Below, piece after piece: positions 9,296 to 17,900 of a stretch of DNA of 64,000 bases (within the stretch, counting starts at the first letter, position 1; every line of letters starts with the position of its first letter). The DNA is from an uncultured Erysipelotrichaceae bacterium (lineage in GTDB: Bacteria; Bacillota_I; Bacilli_A; RFN20; CAG-826). A model generated the notes under the pieces. It saw nothing but the letters and a program-made list of their open reading frames with translations, was not told the origin of the DNA and searched no databases. The stretch is from assembly GCA_902777015.1 (NCBI GenBank), contig CACYSA010000001.1, positions 50,525 through 114,524 of the forward strand, read 5' to 3'. Both the position numbers and the translations under genes were made by a program.

Positions 9296-10233
9296 GCTTC
9301 TTCTATGGTTATTACTGGAAAGAATTTAAAGTAATTGAAATAAACATTAGAAAACATTTGGTATCCCGTTATTTCTTGTTTTATCATACTATAACCTATT
9401 ATTAAATAATCATATTTCCAATCCGCATTTGGATTGCCACGATATACAATGTATGAGATATTATCTTCAAAAGAATAATGCCAAAACGGTTTAAAATCAT
9501 ATTCCATCATAATCGAATAAATATCTTTTTTTATTAATTCAGCATCGAATAAAGAAACATTATAAGTATTGTCACGATTACGCAGTAATACTTTTTCTTC
9601 TATAAGGCATCTTCCGTCAATTAACTTACATTTCTCCTTGTAATACAATTCATCATCGAAGATTTTAATATCTTCGCTATCGCTAGGTATTTTTTCTAAT
9701 GTGTTATCAAACAAATCAAGTTCATAAAACCCAGAATTTGTTTTGTAATACATTTTTGAATCATAACCACTATTATATGATTCTATTTCTTCATCAAAAT
9801 AAAAAACAAATTCAAAATTATCAAAATTAGTATCTGTTTTTCCAATGCAATATTCTTTTTCTTGTTTATTGAAAAGAAAATAATAATGATTTTCTAAATA
9901 TACTAAAAATTTTACTATGTCATAGTCGCTGTTTTCTATTTTTAAACGCTGTTTAAAGTCATAATAGCTAATATAGTTTTCATATGAAAAATCTATATGA
10001 TGTGCATACTCTTTATCTAAAACACAAAAATTATCTCTACACAAAGGAACTAATCTTTGTTGGATTTGATTCTTTCTTTCCTTCCAAGAAGAATTAATTA
10101 AAGAGTCAATCGCTAGGCAAATTGCAACACCGATCGCCACAAGAGTAAAAGGGTTAAAAATTATCCAAATTGTAATCCATAAAGAGCGTGTTTTTTGCCA
10201 AAAAGTTTTTTCTTTTTTTGAATCAATTGCCAT
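9286..10233 (-). CDS. Hypothetical single-pass membrane protein (cassette gene X), Tyr/Asn/Phe-rich ectodomain
   Basis: 315 aa with an N-terminal TM helix (LWITIWIIFNPFTLVAIGVAICLAI). It lies between two copies of the priA-terminus repeat. Its last codons and stop lie in gmk-derived sequence. Confidence 0.7.
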   Translation of the reverse strand: MAIDSKKEKTFWQKTRSLWITIWIIFNPFTLVAIGVAICLAIDSLINSSWKERKNQIQQRLVPLCRDNFCVLDKEYAHHIDFSYENYISYYDFKQRLKIENSDYDIVKFLVYLENHYYFLFNKQEKEYCIGKTDTNFDNFEFVFYFDEEIESYNSGYDSKMYYKTNSGFYELDLFDNTLEKIPSDSEDIKIFDDELYYKEKCKLIDGRCLIEEKVLLRNRDNTYNVSLFDAELIKKDIYSIMMEYDFKPFWHYSFEDNISYIVYRGNPNADWKYDYLIIGYSMIKQEITGYQMFSNVYFNYFKFFPVITIEEAKE

Positions 10234-10302
10234 GATTATTCTTCTCTATCAAAATGTCTAATGACTCATAATCATTATAATTCACGGGATACATTTTTTA
10301 TA

Positions 10303-12498
10303 CTAAAAATTGTATGGATCAATATTAATCAAGAGTTCGTATTGACTGTTATAGGCGAATAGCTGTTGCATTTTTTCCAATATTTGATGGGCTTTATTTG
10401 GGTCGCGATATTTAACAAGGATGTTTCTTAGATGGTAACCCATATCATAAGGAACGTATGGAGTGGATGGTCCTAGTATTTGTCCTTCATCCCCAAATTC
10501 ATCATTAAGGAAGTCAACAACTTGATATGTATTTTCAATTAGATTCTCTTCGTTTTTAGCGCGTAAAGTCACACTCGCTAAATAGGCATATGGAGGATAA
10601 AATTGTAGTTTGCGCATTTCCATCTCTTTACGATAGAAAAGTTCATAATCTTGTCTAGCTGCGAACGTAATTGCGTAATGACTTGGAAGATATGTTTGAA
10701 TAATCGCGGTACCTGGTTTATCTTTTCTTCCAGATCTTCCAATGGCTTGAGTAATTAGTTGGAACGCTCTTTCGTTACTACGATAAGATGGCATTGATAA
10801 ACCAATGTCCGCTAAAACGATACCAACTAGGGTTACATCTGGGAAATCATGGCCTTTCGCTATCATTTGTGTACCAATTAAGACATTAGCTTCTTTCTTT
10901 CTAAATGCTTCAATTGTTTCAGGTATTTTGTTTCTATTTTTAGCACTATCACTATCTAGTCTTAATGTTTTAGCGCTCGGGAAAAGACGCTTAACTTCTT
11001 CTTCTATTTTTTCTGTTCCAAAGCCTGTTTTCATGAGATAGGAAGAGCCACAATCTGGACATGTTTCTTGCATTGGTTCAACATAATCACAGTGATGGCA
11101 TTTAAGCATGTTATCTCTTTTATGGTAGGTTAGTGCTATCCCACAAGTTGGACACTTAAAAACATGACCACAGTTACGACAAGTAACATGAGTGGAAAAT
11201 CCTCTTCTATTGATTAATAAGATAGCTTGTTCTTCTCTTGCTAATGTAATGTGAAGAACATCTCTTAAAGCATGAGAAAAGATATAACTATCCCTATCAA
11301 TGTTCTTATAATCAAGCATGTTCACAATCTTAGTGGTTGGTAGCTTTTGATTATTGATACGCTTATTTAAATAAAGCATATGATAGACGCCTTTTTGTCC
11401 TCTTGCTCTACTTTCTAAAGATGGAGTAGCGCTTGCTAAAAGGACTTTGGCGTTATTATATTTAGCGCGCATTATCGCTACTTCTCTAGCGTGATAGAAT
11501 GGTAAATTATCTTGTTTATATGATTCAGTATGTTCTTCATCTAGGATGATTAAGCCAATATTTTTAAGAGGAGCGAATATCGCACTTCGTACACCCACGA
11601 CTACTTTGCAGTCCCCATGATTAATCTTACGGTATTCATCATATTTTTCCGCAGGGGTTAATTCACTATGAAGAATAGCGACGTTATTTTGGAAACGATG
11701 GAGGAAATATTCCACCATCATGGGAGTTAATGATATTTCAGGAACAAGCATTAAAACTGATTTACCTTGTTTAAGAACTTGTTCGCTTAAAGATAGATAA
11801 ACTTCTGTTTTGCCGGACCCAGTAACACCCTCTAACAAGTAGACTAAATCATTAGAATTATTGAACTCATCAATAACCTTATTTTGATCATCGCTAAGTT
11901 TAGGAGGAGCACTATATTTATAATCAGGTATCTTTAACCTGCGTTTTTCTTCTTTAACAATCTTGATTCTTTGTTTTTCTAAAAGCTTTTCAATGATACT
12001 AGGAGATTTAACATCTCTTTTTAAAATACGACCATCGTTTTTAATTAATCTTAATAATTCGATTTGTTTATTTGTTAAATCAGATTCATCATCATTAATA
12101 ACTTCTAGATATTGATCATACGCAATTTTAGGAGCTTTTAATGATGTCTTTTTTGGTGATAAAGAAGGAGGTAACATTGATTGAAGAACACTAATCTTAG
12201 GCACTAGATAATATGAAGATACTTCATCTAATAAAGATAATAATTCTTCGTTTAATAATGGTTCATCATCAATGACATCTTTTATTTCAGAAATAGAGAA
12301 ACCCTTTTCTTCTTCATATTGTTCTATTGATTTATTAGTTTCTTCTACCTTTACTACGTAACCAATAATGTCTCGATGATTAAAATCAAGTAAGACACGG
12401 ATACCTTTCTTTAGAATTTTGCCACCATTATAAAAATAAGAAAAAGGACGGTTTAATGAGCTTTTAGCATATTCAATGAGAACTTCCACTACTTGCAT
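10303..12498 (-). CDS. priA: Primosomal replication restart helicase PriA
   Basis: 731 aa with Walker A GVTGSGKTEVY, DEEH box, and the Cys-rich zinc region CRNCGHVFKCPTCG...CHHCDY...CPDCGS. Confidence 0.95.
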   Translation of the reverse strand: MQVVEVLIEYAKSSLNRPFSYFYNGGKILKKGIRVLLDFNHRDIIGYVVKVEETNKSIEQYEEEKGFSISEIKDVIDDEPLLNEELLSLLDEVSSYYLVPKISVLQSMLPPSLSPKKTSLKAPKIAYDQYLEVINDDESDLTNKQIELLRLIKNDGRILKRDVKSPSIIEKLLEKQRIKIVKEEKRRLKIPDYKYSAPPKLSDDQNKVIDEFNNSNDLVYLLEGVTGSGKTEVYLSLSEQVLKQGKSVLMLVPEISLTPMMVEYFLHRFQNNVAILHSELTPAEKYDEYRKINHGDCKVVVGVRSAIFAPLKNIGLIILDEEHTESYKQDNLPFYHAREVAIMRAKYNNAKVLLASATPSLESRARGQKGVYHMLYLNKRINNQKLPTTKIVNMLDYKNIDRDSYIFSHALRDVLHITLAREEQAILLINRRGFSTHVTCRNCGHVFKCPTCGIALTYHKRDNMLKCHHCDYVEPMQETCPDCGSSYLMKTGFGTEKIEEEVKRLFPSAKTLRLDSDSAKNRNKIPETIEAFRKKEANVLIGTQMIAKGHDFPDVTLVGIVLADIGLSMPSYRSNERAFQLITQAIGRSGRKDKPGTAIIQTYLPSHYAITFAARQDYELFYRKEMEMRKLQFYPPYAYLASVTLRAKNEENLIENTYQVVDFLNDEFGDEGQILGPSTPYVPYDMGYHLRNILVKYRDPNKAHQILEKMQQLFAYNSQYELLINIDPYNF

Positions 12499-12510
12499 AT
12501 TTTACCGTCT

Positions 12511-13083
12511 TTAGTCTTTATCAAATTCCTTTAAGATTTTTATGATTTCTTCACCAGCGCGTTTAATACGATCGTTCATAATAACGAAATCGTAATTCTT
12601 TGCTTTTTCCATTTCAGCTTCCGCTTTAGCTAAACGCTTTTGGATGACTTCTTCAGTTTCTGATTTTCTTTTTCTAATTCTTTGTTCGAGTTGTTTGAGT
12701 GATGGCGGTTTTAAATAGAAAGAAATGACTCTATCATCTTTAACCTTCTTTAATACTTGTTCAGCACCGTTGATTTCGATTTCTAATAAGACGTTTTTGC
12801 CTTGATTACGGAGATCTTCAACAATGCTCTTTGGTGTACCATATCGGTTACCAACGAACTCTGCCCATTCTAAGAAATTATCGTTATCAATATTCTTTTG
12901 GAATTCTTCTTGAGAAACGAAGTAATATTCAACCCCATGTGTTTCTGTAGCGCGTGGCGCTCTTGTGGTCATGGAAATTGAAAAGACCATTGGGAAAGCA
13001 TCACGGTTCATAATATATTTTCTAACCGTGCCTTTACCGACACCAGATGGTCCACTAAGAATAATCAATAACCCTTTTTTCAT
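12511..13083 (-). CDS. gmk: Guanylate kinase
   Basis: 190 aa with P-loop GPSGVGKGT and YYFVS...FLEWAEFVGNRYGT. It lies 12 nt upstream of priA. Confidence 0.93.
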   Translation of the reverse strand: MKKGLLIILSGPSGVGKGTVRKYIMNRDAFPMVFSISMTTRAPRATETHGVEYYFVSQEEFQKNIDNDNFLEWAEFVGNRYGTPKSIVEDLRNQGKNVLLEIEINGAEQVLKKVKDDRVISFYLKPPSLKQLEQRIRKRKSETEEVIQKRLAKAEAEMEKAKNYDFVIMNDRIKRAGEEIIKILKEFDKD

Positions 13084-13248
13084 ATTATCAGTTATTTTAA
13101 ATGATATTTATTAATAAGGCAACATCTTCATTACCCTATTTTTACGCTACTAACGGACAATTCGTGTGTTTTGTATGCGAGTTTTATAAAGTACACTTTA
13201 TTTTCTCACATATCTTTTCAAAAGTGTTTTTGCTATCATAATAATTGT

Positions 13249-14619
13249 ATGAATTATTATTCTTATTCTGCATTTAAAGAAATTGTTAAAGAATTAAAAG
13301 AGAAGATTGTTGGCTGTCGTATTAATAACATTACGGTCATTAATTCTCATGACTTTTTATGCACCTTATCAATGATTAAAGATGAGAAGTTATTAATATC
13401 ATTAAACCATCAACATCCTTTTGTTTCTTTAATTGATGTAAAGAAAGTTGAACCAACAATTACTGGTTCGCTTAATGAAGCGCTTAGAAAGCATCTTAAA
13501 GATGCCTTTATTGTCGATATATCTCTAGATAATGATGATAGAATTGTTCATTTCATTATTCAAAAAGCTAATGATTATTATGAGAAAGTTGTTACCCATT
13601 TATATTTAGAATGCATTCCTCAAAGAGCAAACCTTATCTTTGTTAATGAAGATAATAAGATTATCCATGCTTTGCATTATTCTGGTATCACTACTTCTAG
13701 ACCAATACTTAATGATTTAAGTTATGAATATCCTAATAAGGGTGTTTTAAAAGATGAAGAAGTACCTACTTTAGAAGATATTAAGAAACAAGCAATTAAC
13801 TATTATGAAAATGCCTTATTAGTGCACAAGAAAGAAAAGTTCACACCACTTTATCGTTATATCAAATCTAGAATCAAATCATTAGAAAAGAAATCTAAAG
13901 TTTTAGCAGTAGAAATTGATGAGGCTAAAAGCCATCTTAACGATGCAGAAATTGGTAACTATTTATTAGCGTTTCAATATGATCAAAATGAACTTAATAA
14001 TTATTTAAAAGAAAACAATATATCTTTAGATAACTCTAAATCTTTAGTGGAAAATGCGAATAGTTATTTTAAGAAATATAAAAAGAGTAAAAGAACGATT
14101 GAGATGGCTAATATTGAAGTAGATAAAGCTAAAGAAGAAAGCGATTATTTAACTTATTTATTAAGTAGTTCACAGTTTATGAATGATGATGAACTCTTAG
14201 CGCTTTCTCAAGAACTACTTCCTAAGCAACACCTTAAAAAGAAACTAACTCCTATTAGATGTTCATATATCATCTATGATAACGTGAAGATTTCTTTTGG
14301 TAAGAACGCTTCAAGTAATAACGAATTAACATTTAAAATCGCTCATAAAGATGATACATATCTTCATATTAAAGATTATCATGGAGCGCATGTTATTATT
14401 CATGATTCTAATCCCTCTAATGAAGTTAAACTCGTAGCGGCGGAACTCTGCTTGATTCTTTCCAATAAATCCGCGGGTGATATCATGATTACTAACATGA
14501 AAAACGTTAAAAAAGGCCACGCTTTAGGCGAGGCTAATTTGCTTAATTATTCAATTATTACTTTAACTTCTATTAGAGAAGCCACTATATCCTTAATTAG
14601 TAATAAGAAAGATTACTAA
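13249..14619 (+). CDS. rqcH: NFACT-family protein (fibronectin-binding protein A / RqcH-like ribosome quality control factor)
   Basis: ORF trimmed to ATG 13249 (MNYYSYSAFKEIV...). It has an N-terminal NFACT-N-like region, a coiled-coil middle and a C-terminal NFACT-R/DUF814-like motif HIKDYHGAHVII. No clear SD sequence. Confidence 0.75.
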   Translation: MNYYSYSAFKEIVKELKEKIVGCRINNITVINSHDFLCTLSMIKDEKLLISLNHQHPFVSLIDVKKVEPTITGSLNEALRKHLKDAFIVDISLDNDDRIVHFIIQKANDYYEKVVTHLYLECIPQRANLIFVNEDNKIIHALHYSGITTSRPILNDLSYEYPNKGVLKDEEVPTLEDIKKQAINYYENALLVHKKEKFTPLYRYIKSRIKSLEKKSKVLAVEIDEAKSHLNDAEIGNYLLAFQYDQNELNNYLKENNISLDNSKSLVENANSYFKKYKKSKRTIEMANIEVDKAKEESDYLTYLLSSSQFMNDDELLALSQELLPKQHLKKKLTPIRCSYIIYDNVKISFGKNASSNNELTFKIAHKDDTYLHIKDYHGAHVIIHDSNPSNEVKLVAAELCLILSNKSAGDIMITNMKNVKKGHALGEANLLNYSIITLTSIREATISLISNKKDY

Positions 14620-14623
14620 GGCT

Positions 14624-14902
14624 TTAAAAATCGTTGTACAAGTATTTTATAACACCACAAATTAAAGCAATGAGATTAAAGTCATCTTCCAAACAGTTAT
14701 AATCATCACTATTAATAATATCTCTATCTATTGTACAAACGTTGCCTTTGTATACATAAAAATCCAATTGTCGATTATTTTTATCTTTTATAGTCAACGC
14801 CATGGTTGAAAGAGACTTTTTGTTGTATTGAAAATCTAAAACCGAACAACCATAAAAGTACAAAAACCATTCAATCAATTCTCTCATCTTTTTCTTTCTC
14901 AT
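14624..14902 (-). CDS. Candidate immunity protein for the RHS2 C-terminal toxin
   Basis: 92 aa from ATG 14902 (MRKKKMRELIEW...). The start overlaps the RHS2 stop as TAATG. Positional evidence only. Confidence 0.55.
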   Translation of the reverse strand: MRKKKMRELIEWFLYFYGCSVLDFQYNKKSLSTMALTIKDKNNRQLDFYVYKGNVCTIDRDIINSDDYNCLEDDFNLIALICGVIKYLYNDF

Positions 14903-17900
14903 TAAAACATTCTCCAATCTATTCCATGTTCAATCAAAAAATCAATTTCATCCCATAAAGCTGAAGTGGGCTTAGCTGCTCTTATACCAGTAACGGCAAA
15001 TTCACTTCCAAGCGTGATTGCATCGTTGAGAAAAGTCGCATTCAACTTCCATTGTTCGCACAAATCTAATGAGAAATAGACTTCTTTTGGTATGTCAAAA
15101 GCGCTCGCTCCAATATATTTTGCCACATTTAAATATGCCGGAAAGCTTCCAAGAACTGTAATCGCTTTTATAGGAAGAACATAATATTTTGTTATGGAAA
15201 AGCCAAGTATTCCGGTAATTTCGGTAATCATTGATCCAGCAACATATCCAATTATACCTCCAACAACAGCACCGCCAAGCGCTCCTAGTGCGGTTAGACC
15301 GAATAATTCCCAGCCTTCTTTCCCTTCGTTTTTCATTTTATTGTAAGTAATTACCCCGCCAATGGTGGCACCAATTAGCGCACCAGCGATTAAACCAAGC
15401 ATAGCAAGAGATATTGCCAAATGCCCATCTTCATCCATCAACATCACCGGATTATTATTACAATAAGCATATAGATGGAAACCTGAGATATTGTCTTGAT
15501 TTAAATATTGGAATTCATCTGGAGAAATGAACTGCATGATAGATGGATCATAATATCTGGCTAATAGATAATATAGGCCTGTTTCAACGTCATAATAATA
15601 GCCTTTATATCTAATCGGATTGATATTACCAACTGATGACATATTAGTGTCTTCATCACCTGTAGCAGTTAAAACTTTGTGATTACCCCAAGCGTCATAA
15701 ATATACCTAGTAACAAAGCTTCCCATTTTGTCAACGATACCAATTATTTGATTAAATGGATTTTTAACATAACGATAAGAAGTGCTAGATGAACCATTAT
15801 AGTAATTAAAGCCCACTATGCCGGTTTCATCATAGAAATACCTGATTTCTTTATTATCACTTCTCTTTTCGCCAATTAGTCTATTGTCATGATAATAGTA
15901 AGTAATCGTTAAGGAGTTATTGATCTTCTTTTGATATCTTCTATTTTGATAATCATAAGTAAACTGCACTGTTTGGTTTCCTTTAACGAACTGACTTAAT
16001 AATGTACCCCTAGTCCATTGATAAGTTTCATTTCCTTTTGTCAAACGATTACCGTATGCATCATATGTAAAAGTGATGTTACCAAAAGAAATCAATCTAC
16101 CCTTGATATCATAAGTTAACGAATTATTGCCAACTGTTGATAATCTTCCATATGTATCATAAGTATACGAACGATTATATTCAGAAAAAGAAACATTGTA
16201 TTCTTGTGTTATACGATTAAATCCATCGTAACTATACGCAAAGCGAGGGAATGATTCTCCATTAGTGTAAATACTAGAAAGATTGCCAAAAATATCATAG
16301 CTATAGGATTCTAAATAAACAGGATAAATTATCGTATTATTCGTTTCGTCTTCATTAATACCAAATGTAAAATTATATGGCAAAGAAGAACCATTAATAT
16401 ATGTTATGTCACTAATAAGACAGTTGGTGTTAACAGCAGCAAATACACTATAATGCTTTTTGACTCTACCGAAGTTATCTTTTTGAATATTGAACGTGTG
16501 AATAGTTACATTATGAAAATTATGATTCTCTAGCCTTATTTCAGTTTCATCAACACTGCGTATAAAAGACATATCATATAAGCCGAAATCATATATTGTT
16601 CCGTTAATGTAATAGCCTTCATCAATGATAAATTCATCGTTATTAAAATTAGTTGTAATCAAAGAATTATCGATTTGATCATAAGTGAACGATGTCACCA
16701 AACCACTAGCATCATTATGTTTATCAGTTATAGAAGTTAGATTTGAAGCAAAATAAGATTCACCACTATTTGTATATGAATAATCAACCTTGGTTTCACT
16801 ATTAAGACGAATATGGGTTAACTTTTTATAGTTGTTCCGTTGATAGACAAGCTGCAGGGAAGAAGGATAGTTGATAATAGTACTATTGCCGTTTTCCAAG
16901 ATAGAATACAAAGAAGAATAAGTATCATCACTTTCTAAAACTTTGTAAGTGATACCTTTTTCCATAGTGCTTTGAACAGCTTGATAATTTGTTGCACCAT
17001 TAGAAAAACTCTGAGTATTGTTAACATAGTTAATTCTATTAGTGTTTGTGCATTCAATATTATCATTTAAGCAAAAATTGATCTTAACTGGACCATCACC
17101 ATTAATGGTATATATGTATTTTTTTGAATAATAACTGTTTAAAATAGTTGATCCGCTAACAGTGTTTCTAACGATTGATGACGGACCGTATCTACCATAA
17201 GTTATATCAACACTATTTTTATCACTTGTTTTTCTAGAGATAAAACCTTTGTTGTTTTCGCTCGCCTCATAAAGAACGATAGTCTCTATTCCATCAGTGG
17301 ATATAACTTTCTTAAGTTCTCCATTAGTGAAGTATTCATATGTAGTTGTATTTGTGGACACAACATGAGCCACTAAAGGATTGCCACTCCATTTATATTC
17401 AGTGCTTGTCTTTTCAATTAGTTTTTCATAGTAATCGTAGGTTTTTATTTCTTCACTTATCTTACGAAATACACCATCAACGTATGTGCCATATCTAGTT
17501 GTTATTACTAGAGTATCATCGATAAAAGAATAATAAACTCTAGATGCAGTATCGTTCTCGGAAGATAATATTGTTCTATCTGGAGAAACGGTTTCAAAAT
17601 ACCAAACAAAGTCTTGTTCAGAATCAATATCGAAATTAGAGCAATTAAAAGAATTAAAAATAATATCGTTACCGTTAAATAGACAGAAGCGGAAATTATA
17701 AGAGTCCACTACTCGACCATCGTTAAAATATAACGGGTGAGCGTGAGGGGAATAGTTTCCATATAGTAAATCAAAACAATTATGTTGGTGTGAAATTGTA
17801 TTAAGAAGATCGTTTGGTGACATTCTTATTTCACCAGTAACATCAATAATCCTACTTGGTGTTTGATCGTAATAAGAAGGATAAAGACCAACAGAAGTCA

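Noticed and set aside
13171-13248. 5' extensions of ORF-track models (also 3842-3883, 4447-4482, 14903-14917, 30537-30599, 38162-38212, 51965-51982, 55020-55070, 56116-56148, 57321-57416, 58911-58919)
   Set aside because: The extensions start at non-ATG or poorly placed codons and run into upstream genes or repeats. They precede much better starts with SD sequences, signal peptides or start/stop coupling, so I trimmed the models.
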